Positions 30,469-40,078 are shown, counted from the first letter of the stretch. The stretch: 64,000 bases of DNA from Gemmatimonadota bacterium (GCA_040389905.1 JAZJZK010000007.1:96001-160000); one strand, 5' to 3'. Made by a program: numbers and translations. The notes: generated from the letters alone by a model not told the origin.

Positions 30469-31539
30469 ATGAACATCCGGCTCATTCTCGCATGGCTGCA
30501 TCTCATTGCCCTTTCGTTCGGCCTTGCGGGTGTGTGGGCACGTGCGCGTGGCATGCGCGAATCCCTGCGGCATCCCGACGACGCGAGCCTCATCCGCCGA
30601 GCATTCGTCGGCGACGCCTGGTGGGGAGTCGCCGCGATACTCTGGCTCATCACCGGTGTCTGGCGCCTCGTCAAGGGAACCGAGAAGAGCCCATCGTACT
30701 ACATGACGAACCAGGCCTTCCTGCTCAAAATGGGCTTGTTTCTCACGATCGTCGCGCTCGAGATCTGGCCGATGATGACGCTCATTCGCTGGCGGACGAA
30801 GAAGGCGGTGCCCAACCAGCGCGATGTCGGGCGCATCGAGATCATCAGCTATGTCCAGTGCGCACTCGTCGTCGTGATGGTGTTCGCCGCCGTGAGTATG
30901 GCGCGCGGCTTTGGATCCGGCGCGAGCGCAGCACCGTTGAATACACCCGGCGCGACGCCGACCTCAGATGCCACGCCGCGACCGGCCAACGGCGCGCCGA
31001 ACACCGCAGTCCCCGCGAACACAGCGCCGGTGGACGTGATCGATCCAGTTCTCCCGAGCGGCACGGAGATTGTCACGGACGCCGACATCGCCCTGCTGAC
31101 GCGCAGCATCGCGATGCCGCTCGACGGCGTCGATCCCGCCAAGCTCCACAGCAGCTTCGACGAACGACGAGGCGGTGGAACTCGGCCGCATGAGGCGCTC
31201 GATCTCATGGCCGCGCGCGGCACACCTGTGAAATCGGCAACGGGCGGGAGGGTGCTCAGGCTCTTCAACAGCGTGCCCGGCGGATTGATGGTCTACGCGG
31301 CCGATTCCTCGGAGCGCTTCATCCTGATGTACGGGCACCTCGACGGGTACGCGGCCGGCCTGCATGATGGCTCGCCACTCGTACGAGGGCAGGTGATCGG
31401 ATACGTCGGCTCGACTGGCAATGCCCAGGAGAATGCGCCGCACCTGCACTTTGCCATCGCACGCAGTGCCGACGTGAAGCAGTGGTCGAAAGGCAAGCCA
31501 ATCGACCCGCTTCCGCTGCTGCAGCATTCGTCGCGCTGA
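30469..31539 (+). CDS. DUF2214-like membrane domain fused to an M23 peptidase
   Basis: Four-TM N-terminus; HEALD, YGHL and PHLHF M23 motifs. Confidence 0.85.
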   Translation: MNIRLILAWLHLIALSFGLAGVWARARGMRESLRHPDDASLIRRAFVGDAWWGVAAILWLITGVWRLVKGTEKSPSYYMTNQAFLLKMGLFLTIVALEIWPMMTLIRWRTKKAVPNQRDVGRIEIISYVQCALVVVMVFAAVSMARGFGSGASAAPLNTPGATPTSDATPRPANGAPNTAVPANTAPVDVIDPVLPSGTEIVTDADIALLTRSIAMPLDGVDPAKLHSSFDERRGGGTRPHEALDLMAARGTPVKSATGGRVLRLFNSVPGGLMVYAADSSERFILMYGHLDGYAAGLHDGSPLVRGQVIGYVGSTGNAQENAPHLHFAIARSADVKQWSKGKPIDPLPLLQHSSR

Positions 31540-31560
31540 GAACGAATGCAGGACATGTTC

Positions 31561-31628
31561 GTTTTGTCGCCCTGAGCCCTTCGTCGCTCGCGCTCCTCGA
31601 GGGTAAACTCCGCGAAGGGCCTGCACCT
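31561..31628 (+). repeat. 68-bp REP/MITE-like element; exact inverted copy at 32664-32731
   Basis: gttttgtcgccctgagccc...gcgaagggcctgcacct. Confidence 0.9.
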
Positions 31629-31711
31629 GCCGCAGTTGCAGTTGTGAAGTTTGCTGTAGCCGAGCGCGACCGCAGAGCGTGGCACACCAACTGCTTTTAA
31701 GGAGCCCACTC

Positions 31712-31915
31712 ATGAGTGGAGACTCCAGTATGCGCGACGGACATCGGGACGACGATCGTGGGCTTCCTCGCAAGGGCGGCGGGCGCCGTCGCATCCGGCG
31801 AGCTGAAGAAGCCGCGCACCCGCCCGTCGCGCGACAGAAGTCAGACAAGAACCTCGAAAAACTCTTGAAAGCGCGCCAGGAATACCTGAAGAGTCCGCGA
31901 ACGACCCTTCACTGA
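31712..31915 (+). CDS. Small basic hypothetical protein
   Basis: AAGGAG RBS; 67 aa. Confidence 0.5.
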   Translation: MSGDSSMRDGHRDDDRGLPRKGGGRRRIRRAEEAAHPPVARQKSDKNLEKLLKARQEYLKSPRTTLH

Positions 31916-32538
31916 CGAGGGGGCAGGGTCAGTGCGCTACGCGTCGTCACATCGACCGTGTAGCCGTCTTTGGCCAGCAGCGATTCCAGCAATTGGCGCG
32001 CGCTCCGGTCGGCTTGGGGGAGTAAGCCGGACTGCTCCCCTGCGGCGCGCAATTGAATGCGCGTCTGCGCCTGGATCTGGTCACGGTCCTCCGGCTTGAA
32101 CGGAAAGAGCAGGCCGGCTGATTCATCGTACGTGTGCGAGCTCAGCACCTCGATTCCAAGAATTTCAGCGCGCGGTAGCGCAATGCTGATGTGTTTCGCG
32201 CGGTCATCGATGGCGACGTCGACATGCTTCGACAAGTCGATGCCCGCGAGCACCTTTCCAGTAACGACCACCAGCATCTTGCGATGCATCCCGAAGCGAC
32301 TCTGGTCGAAGGTTACCACGTCGCGGAGCGTGAGCTCCGTCGACACCAGCTTGGCCACGTCCTGGATCTGCGTGACCACCAGCTCGTGCGTCACCTTGGG
32401 GGGCGACGCCGTCCACGGCCAGCGGACGCCGCCGACTGCGGTCTTCAGAAGCAGCCCGCCAACAACCAGTATCACGCCCACAAGCGCGATGCGAACAACG
32501 AACTTCGTTGCGAACTGGCGGAGCGTGGCCGGTGGCAT
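31909..32538 (-). CDS. DUF4230 domain protein
   Basis: N-terminal TM; GKVLAGIDLS...IALPRAEI. Confidence 0.85.
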   Translation of the reverse strand: MPPATLRQFATKFVVRIALVGVILVVGGLLLKTAVGGVRWPWTASPPKVTHELVVTQIQDVAKLVSTELTLRDVVTFDQSRFGMHRKMLVVVTGKVLAGIDLSKHVDVAIDDRAKHISIALPRAEILGIEVLSSHTYDESAGLLFPFKPEDRDQIQAQTRIQLRAAGEQSGLLPQADRSARQLLESLLAKDGYTVDVTTRSALTLPPRQ

Positions 32539-32618
32539 GACTGAAAGATAGCGAGAGGGTCTACAACCAGCCGCACGGCCACCCAAGAGTGTCATGCGAT
32601 ACGCCGGAAACCGTCTTT

Positions 32619-32783
32619 CACCGCAGAGGACGCAGAGGAGCAGAGGTACGCGGAGGACTACGTAGGTGCAGGCCCTTCGCGGAGTTTACCCTCGAGGAGC
32701 GCGAGCGACGAAGGGCTCAGGGCGACAAAACAACCATGGTTTTCCTCTGCGTACCTCTGCTCCTCCGCGTCCTCTGCGGTAAG
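32619..32783. repeat. Composite palindromic repeat: CGCAGAGG arms enclosing the 68-bp element
   Basis: accgcagaggacgcagaggagcagagg ... cctctgctcctccgcgtcctctgcggt; related copies at 45655-45856 and 55683-55880. Confidence 0.85.
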
Positions 32784-32905
32784 ATGAGAATGCCAAGTTG
32801 TACTCGGACCGAGTCGTCGGTGGTGACAACATGGATCCCGCGATAAGTTCGCAGCCGTTGGTGACGTTCTCACTTTCGTGCACAGACTTTTCACGAAGGC
32901 CGTTC

Positions 32906-34600
32906 ATGGATCGATTTATGACTTCGCGCCGAGACTTCATCGGCAGCACGGCTCTCGCGGCCGTCGGCCTCACGCTGCCAACGAGTTCGCCACTGCCCGA
33001 CGCCGCGCCGCGAGGCTTCGTCGACCTGCTGCGCAATCCGGACAGTGTTCTCGTGCAGACCGCCACCGGCGAGGTTTCCCTCGCGCGAGAAGGCAATGGC
33101 CGCTGGACCAGCGGCACCGGTATCGTGGTCACAACAGCACAGCGCGCGGCGTCACTCAACATCGCGCTCGGCGCGCCAGCCGTTGCCGTCAGGCGAATCC
33201 GCCTCCGTTGGCGCGCGCGCATGAACGACGTGCAACTCATACTCGGCGATGCGTGGGAACGCGGCTACGGTGACCTCGAATGGCGCGCATGGGCGCCAGA
33301 TCGCGTGATGCCCTGGTATGCCGCGACGCACGACGGGTTGCTCACACATTGCTACGGTGTGAAGACAGGCGCTCGCGCGTTCTGCTATTGGCACGTTGAT
33401 CCACAGGGGATCAGCCTGTGGACCGACGTTCGGAGCGGCGGCGCGGGCGTTCAGCTCGGAGACCGTGTGCTCGACGTCGCGGATGTGGTGTCGAGGGCAG
33501 GGCGGTCCGGAGAAAGCGCCTTCGCGGCCCTCCATGGCTTTTGCAAGCAGATGTGCGCCACTCCGCGCCTTCCGTCGCAACCGGTGTATGGCAGCAACGA
33601 CTGGTATTGGGCGTACGGCAAGAACAGCGTCGAATCCGTGCTGGCCGATGCGCGCAACATCGTCGAGCTGTCACCGTCCGGTAGCAACCGTCCCTTCGCC
33701 GTCATCGATGATGGCTGGCAGCCGGAGCGCAGCCGGGACAAGCAGGGCGTCGGCATGTGGGATCGCGGCAACGAAAAGTTTCCCGACATGGCTGGTCTCG
33801 CCGCCGACATTCGAAAGATCGGTGCGCGGCCCGGCATCTGGATTCGGCCGCTCCTGGCGATGAAGGACACGCCGGAGAACTGGCGTCTGCCTCGCGACAA
33901 GGCGTATCTCGACCCAACGGTTCCCGAGGTTCGGAAGAAGGTCGGCGACGATATCACGCGGCTTCGCCAATGGGGCTACGAGTTGATCAAGCACGACTAC
34001 ACCACCTACGACCTGCTCGGCCGGTGGGGTTTTCAGATGGGCGCCGAACTGACGCGCGGCAATTGGACGTTCGCGTCGGGGCCGTCGCGAACGACGGCGG
34101 AGATCATCAGCGAGTTGTACGCGACCATTCGCACCGGCGCGGGGAGCAGCCTGGTGATCGGCTGCAACACGGTGAGTCATCTCTCGGCAGGTCACTTCGA
34201 GATCTGCCGCATTGGTGACGACACGAGCGGCACCGAATGGGCGCGCACACGCAAGATGGGCGTGAACACGCTCGCCTTTCGCGGCGTGCAACACGGCGCG
34301 TTTTACGTCGCGGACGCGGACTGTGTCGGCGTCACAAATGCGATTCCGTGGGCTGAGAACAAGCAGTGGCTCGATCTGCTTGCGCGCAGCGGCACGATGC
34401 TCTTCGTCTCGCTCGCGCCCGATGCACTCGGCGCCGAGCAACGGCGCGATTTGAAGGACGCCCTCGCGCTTGCGGCGCAGCCGCATCCCGTCGGCGAGCC
34501 GCTTGATTGGCAGCGGAGCGTGTACCCCGCGCGGTGGCGGCTGATGGGGCGGGAGAAGACGTTCGATTGGGTCGGCGCGGATGGCGTTGGGGCGCCGTAA
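32906..34600 (+). CDS. Tat-exported alpha-galactosidase-like glycoside hydrolase (GH27/GH36 clan)
   Basis: SRRDFI Tat motif; NDWY, VIDDGWQ, LIKHD, RIGDD. Confidence 0.75.
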   Translation: MDRFMTSRRDFIGSTALAAVGLTLPTSSPLPDAAPRGFVDLLRNPDSVLVQTATGEVSLAREGNGRWTSGTGIVVTTAQRAASLNIALGAPAVAVRRIRLRWRARMNDVQLILGDAWERGYGDLEWRAWAPDRVMPWYAATHDGLLTHCYGVKTGARAFCYWHVDPQGISLWTDVRSGGAGVQLGDRVLDVADVVSRAGRSGESAFAALHGFCKQMCATPRLPSQPVYGSNDWYWAYGKNSVESVLADARNIVELSPSGSNRPFAVIDDGWQPERSRDKQGVGMWDRGNEKFPDMAGLAADIRKIGARPGIWIRPLLAMKDTPENWRLPRDKAYLDPTVPEVRKKVGDDITRLRQWGYELIKHDYTTYDLLGRWGFQMGAELTRGNWTFASGPSRTTAEIISELYATIRTGAGSSLVIGCNTVSHLSAGHFEICRIGDDTSGTEWARTRKMGVNTLAFRGVQHGAFYVADADCVGVTNAIPWAENKQWLDLLARSGTMLFVSLAPDALGAEQRRDLKDALALAAQPHPVGEPLDWQRSVYPARWRLMGREKTFDWVGADGVGAP

Positions 34601-34686
34601 CGAGTCCGCTGTGCGTTATGCGCTCGCCGCGATCCGCCGTACGCCTACGCCGTTCGGCCCTACGCCGTTCGCACAAGCTGGCCGTC

Positions 34687-37101
34687 CTACCGATCCAACT
34701 CCGCTCGCACGCGCCGCGCGAGCGCAGCGGACGAAAAAGGCTTCTGCAAGTACGCCGTTCCTTCGTCGATGATGTCACGCGTCGAATTGACGGCCGATGG
34801 GTATCCCGACACGAACATGCAGCGGAGTTCCGGACGCAGTGCCGTCAGCCGCTTTCCGAGCTCCACACCGTTCATCTCCGGCATCACCAGATCGAGCACT
34901 GCTAACGAGATCTTTCCCCGATTCGTCTCGAGGAGCCGTATCGCTTCGCTCGGCGCATTCGTCGAGAGCACGGTGTAGCCGAGTCCCTCGAGCATGCGTC
35001 GCGTCATGTGGAGGACCATCGGTTCGTCCTCGACCACCAGAATCGTCTCGGTTCCGCCGATCACCAGCGCCTCGTGGGCCTCTGGCGGCGTATGAACCGG
35101 CGTCGCATCATGGCGCGGCAGGTAGACAGAGACCGTGGTACCCGCGCCTAATGAGCTCTCCACGACGACGAATCCGTGATTCTGTCGCGTGATGCCGTAG
35201 ACCATCGCCAAGCCGAGACCCGTGCCGTGCCCCGGACCCTTGGTCGTGAAAAACGGTTCGAAGATGTGCTCGACGGTTTCTGCGTCCATTCCCGCGCCCG
35301 TATCGGCCACGGAGAGTGCGACGAAATCGCCGGTCGTCGCATCCGGATGCGCGAGCACGAACGCCTCGTCGATCGACACGTTCGCCGTCCGGATCGTGAC
35401 GCGGCCCGTTCCTTCGAGCGAATCGCGGGCGTTCACGGTGAGATTCGTGAGTACCTGGTCGATCTGCGACGGATCGACCTTCACCGGCCATGGTGCCTCA
35501 CCGGGCTCCCACCGTAACTCCACGTCTTCGCCGATCAAGCGGCTCAGCATGCGCATGGCCGTGCTGACGTTGTCGTTCAGCTGTTGCACGGAGGGCGTGA
35601 TCGTCTGGCGTCGTGCGAAGGCAAGGAGCTGGCGCGTGAGATCGGCCGACCGCTTGCCCGCCGCCTGGACCTCGAGCAGGTCGTTGCGCACCGGGTGGTC
35701 GGGTGGCAAGTCACCCATCGCCAACTCGATCGACCCGAGGATCACTGCGAGCATGTTGTTGAAGTCATGCGCGATGCCACCGGCAAGCCGCCCGACGGAT
35801 TCCATCTTCTCCGCCTGCGTGAGACGCTCGAGCAACCGCACACGCTCCCGCTCGGCATCGCGATTCGCGGTGACGTCGCGCGACCCGCCAACGGTGCGAG
35901 ACGGAGCGCCGTTCGCGAAGAAAGTCTGGGAGTGCGACTCGATCCAACGCACCGTCCCGTCATCGCGCACGATCCGGAAATCCACCTCGAACACGCCGTT
36001 GCCAGTCGGATCATGCGCGCGCTGCACCGCGGCGCCAATCCGCGCACGATCGTCGGGATGAATACGCTGCACGAGGTCGCCAAGCGTAACGTTGCCACGG
36101 CTGGGGAAGCCGAACAGCGTACGCGCTTCGGGCGACCAATAGATCGTTCCCGTGACGTGATCGTGATCGAATACGCCGATCTGTGACACCCGCACGACCT
36201 GCGCAAGCTGGTCCTCGCGAAACGCGAGTGCGAACTCCGCCGTGCGCCGAAGGTCAGCGGTCGCGAACGCATCGAGGGCGAAGGAGATGTTCGCACCAAT
36301 CTCGGTCAGCAGTTGCTGTTCGTCCTCGGAGAAAAAGCCCTGATCGGCGGAATCGAGGTCGAGCGAACCGACGACGACACCAAGACGGCTGAGTGAAACA
36401 CTTGCTGTCGCGCGGTGTCCTGATGCCGCGAGATTCAGGTGGTCGTCGGCTGGGCCGGCTCGCGCCACGGGGTGGATGAGTCCTGACTCCGGGAGCGCGA
36501 GGCTGATCCGTGCCATCCGGAACTGCCCTTCGGTGACGACGATGTCGCAAATCTCCTGAAGGAGCGGCGCCTGGCTGGTGTGTCGCACAATCGCGGCGCT
36601 CACGTGGCTCAGCACGGCGTAGAGCCGAGAGAGAACCGAGATGCGATGTTCGCTCGCCCGCAGCTCCATCACGTCGGTGAACGCGCCGATCATTCCCGTC
36701 GGCTTTCCAGCAGGGTCTCGCGTGACCGACGTCGACAGCCGCGAATAGAAGCGCCCGCCATCCCGGCGCACGCAGCGCGCTTCGCCAACCCAGATGCCGC
36801 GTGCCTCGAGGATTTGCGGGACGATCTCGTGCGCGACGTCGGAGAAGGACGACACTGGCCGCCCGACAACATCGTCCGTGGAGGAATAGCCCCACAACCG
36901 GAGGAAGGACGGATTGACGTAGGTGATGATGCCCTGAAGGTCCGCGAGCGCGATGGCCTGCGGCAGTGACTCCACCACCTGACGCTGCTGGAGGAGTAGG
37001 TCATCCTCCCGACGCCTCGTCGAGACGTCGTTTAGGTCGTCGTCGTCGTCATCGCCGACATTCACTGGCATCTTCGCCGTCTGTAGTGTTCCGCGGGCCA
37101 A
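34687..37101 (-). CDS. PAS/GAF hybrid sensor histidine kinase with receiver domain
   Basis: [28 protein letters not shown]; start uncertain. Confidence 0.95.
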   Translation of the reverse strand: MARGTLQTAKMPVNVGDDDDDDLNDVSTRRREDDLLLQQRQVVESLPQAIALADLQGIITYVNPSFLRLWGYSSTDDVVGRPVSSFSDVAHEIVPQILEARGIWVGEARCVRRDGGRFYSRLSTSVTRDPAGKPTGMIGAFTDVMELRASEHRISVLSRLYAVLSHVSAAIVRHTSQAPLLQEICDIVVTEGQFRMARISLALPESGLIHPVARAGPADDHLNLAASGHRATASVSLSRLGVVVGSLDLDSADQGFFSEDEQQLLTEIGANISFALDAFATADLRRTAEFALAFREDQLAQVVRVSQIGVFDHDHVTGTIYWSPEARTLFGFPSRGNVTLGDLVQRIHPDDRARIGAAVQRAHDPTGNGVFEVDFRIVRDDGTVRWIESHSQTFFANGAPSRTVGGSRDVTANRDAERERVRLLERLTQAEKMESVGRLAGGIAHDFNNMLAVILGSIELAMGDLPPDHPVRNDLLEVQAAGKRSADLTRQLLAFARRQTITPSVQQLNDNVSTAMRMLSRLIGEDVELRWEPGEAPWPVKVDPSQIDQVLTNLTVNARDSLEGTGRVTIRTANVSIDEAFVLAHPDATTGDFVALSVADTGAGMDAETVEHIFEPFFTTKGPGHGTGLGLAMVYGITRQNHGFVVVESSLGAGTTVSVYLPRHDATPVHTPPEAHEALVIGGTETILVVEDEPMVLHMTRRMLEGLGYTVLSTNAPSEAIRLLETNRGKISLAVLDLVMPEMNGVELGKRLTALRPELRCMFVSGYPSAVNSTRDIIDEGTAYLQKPFSSAALARRVRAELDR

Positions 37102-37262
37102 CTTTTCGATGACGACGTCGCAATCGAGTTGGCAGAAGGTACGCCGACTCGCTCAGCGCGGCAAATTCTGTATGTTCGACCAGTGTTCGCGACAAGTGAA
37201 CACCGAGGCATACGTACGTTTAGGTACAGAAGGCCATCTCACCGAATGGAGCGAAGGATCAC

Positions 37263-37763
37263 ATGATTCGAACGATCGAGGATTTCGTCACCGTCTGGAA
37301 CCAGGAAGCTGCCAACACGTTGAAGCTCTTCAGGGGCCTCTCGGACGCGTCGATGCCGCAGGCCATCACCGGCGAACACCGCGACCTCGGCCGCCTCGCG
37401 TGGCACATCACGACGACCATTCGCGAAATGATGGAGCGGACGGGACTTCACGTTGAAGGCCCGGAGCCCGATGCGCCCGTGCCATCCTCCGCGGAAGAAA
37501 TCGTGAAGGAATACGCGCGTTCCTCCGAATCGTTCGTGAAGTCGCTGGACGCCTGGACCGACGCGACGCTCGATCAGGAAGACAACCTGTACGGCGAGTC
37601 CTGGCGCCGGAGTCTCACGCTTCAGATTCTCCTACTCCACCAGACGCATCATCGCGGGCAGATGACGGTCCTGATGCGTCAAGCGGGGCTTCCGGTGCCG
37701 GGAATGTACGGCCCGGCGAAAGAGGACTGGGCGAAGTACGGAATGCCGACGCCTGCTATCTAG
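37263..37763 (+). CDS. DinB-family protein
   Basis: RDLGRLAWHI, HQTHHRGQMTVLMRQAG. Confidence 0.9.
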   Translation: MIRTIEDFVTVWNQEAANTLKLFRGLSDASMPQAITGEHRDLGRLAWHITTTIREMMERTGLHVEGPEPDAPVPSSAEEIVKEYARSSESFVKSLDAWTDATLDQEDNLYGESWRRSLTLQILLLHQTHHRGQMTVLMRQAGLPVPGMYGPAKEDWAKYGMPTPAI

Positions 37764-37798
37764 GGGCAAGGTGCGTCCCTCGTCCCCAAAGAAAGTCC

Positions 37799-37827
37799 TT
37801 GACACCAATCCGGTGTTCGCCTAAGAT
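37799..37827 (+). promoter_or_regulatory. Sigma70-type promoter
   Basis: TTGACA-17 bp-TAAGAT. Confidence 0.75.
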
Positions 37828-37837
37828 GCTCGGCAGG

Positions 37838-37946
37838 GAGTCGCGTCCCGATGTTCACGTGTCGTTCAGCTATGCATATTCATGCATTGTGAGACGGCCA
37901 GACCCGAAGGCTTAGCCCTTCGCGTTGTTCATCGGCGGCGCGATTT
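37838..37946 (+). ncRNA. Candidate structured RNA (three-way junction) at the transcript start
   Basis: gtcgcgtc-ccgatg pairs with catcgg-c-ggcgcgat; internal hairpins atgcat/atgcat and cgaagg/ccttcg. Confidence 0.5.
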
Positions 37947-37994
37947 GTCGTTTTGGCCTCCTCGCACTTTCAGGAACTCAATCAATCCAACTGC

Positions 37995-38183
37995 ATGACG
38001 ACCTCACTTACCCACCTACTCGCGAACGACCGATGCGCCGGCTCCTGCCAGCGTGCCGCGAGCTCGATCGCGCGAATTGGTGGCGACGCACCGAGGCCAG
38101 TTGCAGTACAAAAAGCCTATCCGTGGACGCAGGTCAACGGAACGAACGACGCAGGCTCCGCAGGGGGAGGCCGTACTTCTTAG
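37995..38183 (+). CDS. Putative 62-aa leader peptide of the rtcB operon
   Basis: ORF ends just before a strong hairpin; its last codons are complementary to the hairpin's 5' arm. Confidence 0.55.
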   Translation: MTTSLTHLLANDRCAGSCQRAASSIARIGGDAPRPVAVQKAYPWTQVNGTNDAGSAGGGRTS

Positions 38184-38218
38184 AGTACGACATTCAACTT
38201 CGGACACGGGACAGCGAC

Positions 38219-38262
38219 AACGCCCCGCCTGCGCAAACGTGCCAGGCGGGGCGTTCTGCATT
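38219..38262 (+). terminator. Attenuator-like hairpin
   Basis: aacgccccgcctg-cgcaaacgtgc-caggcggggcgtt followed by ctgcatt (weak U-tract). Confidence 0.6.
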
Positions 38263-38265
38263 CAC

Positions 38266-38281
38266 GCTGTTTGACAAGTGA
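38266..38281 (+). promoter_or_regulatory. boxA-like antitermination motif, copy 1
   Basis: GCTGTTTGACAAGTGA; near-identical copy at 39956. Confidence 0.5.
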
Positions 38282-38517
38282 TGATCCGAAATGACGTACA
38301 CTCGTCGTCGGCCGGCGCGACATGATGCTCCATGCAGAGAGACACGCGACTCCCCTGTATGTGGTATCCGCTGTCGTTGCCGCGCTGACAGCGACGTCCC
38401 AACTGTTTTGCCTCTGGAGCGCTCGCGGTGCCCTCTCGCCACCTCGCTCCAGGGGCAGGTCAACCAACACCATTCAACCCCAGGAACGACGCGTATGGGC
38501 GTTCGCCGCGCGTCAAC

Positions 38518-38632
38518 GGGTCCGTAGCTCAATCAGAGCACGGTGTCGCCGCACGTACTCCCATTGCCTGACGAAGGCCGGACCGTGAGGAGCACGCCAC
38601 CGAAGATGCGGGTGCAAATCCCGCCGTCCCGA
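38518..38632 (+). ncRNA. tRNA-like RNA with a 52-nt insert replacing the anticodon loop
   Basis: TA-GCTC-AATCA-GAGC D-arm; CGGTG/CACCG anticodon stem; AAGAT variable loop; GCGGG-TGCAAAT-CCCGC T-arm; imperfect acceptor stem. Confidence 0.7.
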
Positions 38633-38696
38633 TTCCTGCCTGGTCGGATCATCACTGCCCAGGGCAATTCAGCCACACACTCACGAGTACCGCATC

Positions 38697-39923
38697 ATGA
38701 AGATTTTTGGTCAGCACGACGAGAAGACTCTCGTCCAGTTCAATAACGTTCGCGCGCAGGCGGTCGACGCTGCGCTGATGGCCGACGGGCATGTCGGCTA
38801 CGTCATGCCCATTGGTGGTGTGGCGTCATACCGGAATCAGGTGTCCGTCGTCGGAGTCGGTTTCGACATCGCGTGCGGCAACGCCGCCATTCGTACGGAC
38901 CTCACCGTTGCGTCGCTCGGTGAGAGCCCGGCCGACGTGCAGCAGGCACTCTCGTCGCTCGCCGATGAGATCGCGGGAACGATCAGCTTCGGTATCGGCC
39001 GGAAGAACCGCGCCGATGATGCACCGGTCGATCACGCGCTCTTCACCGACGCTTCCTGGGACGCTGTGCCCGCGAAGCACCGGCAGGCGCTGCAGGTGAA
39101 GGCGCGGCAGCAGCTTGGAACAGTCGGAAGTGGCAATCACTATGTCGACGTCTTCGCGGACGAGCGGGGCACGTTGTGGGTTGGCGTGCACTTCGGTTCG
39201 CGCGGATTCGGACACACGGTCGCGTCGGCATTTCTTGCGCTCGGCCAGGGCAAGGAGTGGGGCGAGCGCGTGCCGGAGACGGAAGTGCTGCTCGACATTG
39301 GGCAGCCGGTCGGCCACGACTATTGGCACCTGATGAATCTTGCAGGCGAGTACGCGTACGCCGGACGCGAATGGGTTGCCCGCAAGGTTGTCTCGCTCCT
39401 TGGGGGGACCGAGATGGAACTCGTGCACAACCACCACAACTTCGCGTGGAAGGAAGAGCACGATGGTGAAGAGGTGATCGTCATCCGGAAGGGCGCGACG
39501 CCTGCGTTTCCTGGGCAGAAGGGTTTTGTCGGCGGTTCGATGGGTGACGACGCCGTGATCGTGAAGGGAACGTCGGCGAGCATTGCGTCAACGGAGGTGC
39601 AGAGCGCGCAGCGCGCCTCGCTCTACTCGACGGTCCACGGCGCAGGACGCGTGATGTCGCGCACGATGGCCGCAGGAAAGCGCGTGCGTCGCACGGGCCG
39701 GCAGCTGAGCCGAGGGCTCATCTCGCCCGGCATGATGGAGAGTTGGGTGAAGGAGAAGGGCGTCACGCTCCGCGGCGGCGGTGTGGACGAGAGTCCTCAC
39801 GTCTACCGTCGACTGCCTGAGGTGCTCTCTGCTCAGGAGGGGACGATCGAAGTGCTGCACGTCCTACGGCCGCTGGTTGTCGTGATGGCCGGGGAGAACG
39901 AGTTCGATCCGTACAAGGACTAG
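38697..39923 (+). CDS. rtcB: RtcB-family RNA ligase
   Basis: ADGHVGY, GFDIACG, GTVGSGNHY, HFGSRG, HNHHN, RKGATPA, HGAGR, DESP. Confidence 0.95.
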   Translation: MKIFGQHDEKTLVQFNNVRAQAVDAALMADGHVGYVMPIGGVASYRNQVSVVGVGFDIACGNAAIRTDLTVASLGESPADVQQALSSLADEIAGTISFGIGRKNRADDAPVDHALFTDASWDAVPAKHRQALQVKARQQLGTVGSGNHYVDVFADERGTLWVGVHFGSRGFGHTVASAFLALGQGKEWGERVPETEVLLDIGQPVGHDYWHLMNLAGEYAYAGREWVARKVVSLLGGTEMELVHNHHNFAWKEEHDGEEVIVIRKGATPAFPGQKGFVGGSMGDDAVIVKGTSASIASTEVQSAQRASLYSTVHGAGRVMSRTMAAGKRVRRTGRQLSRGLISPGMMESWVKEKGVTLRGGGVDESPHVYRRLPEVLSAQEGTIEVLHVLRPLVVVMAGENEFDPYKD

Positions 39924-39955
39924 ACACCGGTAGACGCGCGTGGGGGCATCCGGAT

Positions 39956-39971
39956 GTTGTTTGACAACTGA
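39956..39971 (+). promoter_or_regulatory. boxA-like antitermination motif, copy 2
   Basis: GTTGTTTGACAACTGA. Confidence 0.5.
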
Positions 39972-40028
39972 CGTGAGTCTGTGGCACACGAAGTATCCGC
40001 GGGCGAGGTTCGATTCCGCGCTGTCTGA
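39972..40028 (+). ncRNA. Degenerate tRNA-His(GTG)-like remnant
   Basis: CT-GTG-GC loop in a weak stem, and CGAGG-TTCGATT-CCGCG T-arm; no convincing D-arm. Confidence 0.35.
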
Positions 40029-40078
40029 TGGTGCCCCGGCAAGGCGCGTTCGAACTCGAATCTTCTCGCGGGTACTTT

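Noticed and set aside
37830..37950. yybP-ykoY (Mn2+) riboswitch or SRP RNA
   Set aside because: Only fleeting resemblance (GGGAGT, CAGACC-GAAGG); conserved cores and stem order do not match by eye.
38271..38302. Internal sigma70 promoter TTGACA...TACACT
   Set aside because: Spacer is 20 bp, and the second TTGACA at 39961 has no -10; boxA fits both better.
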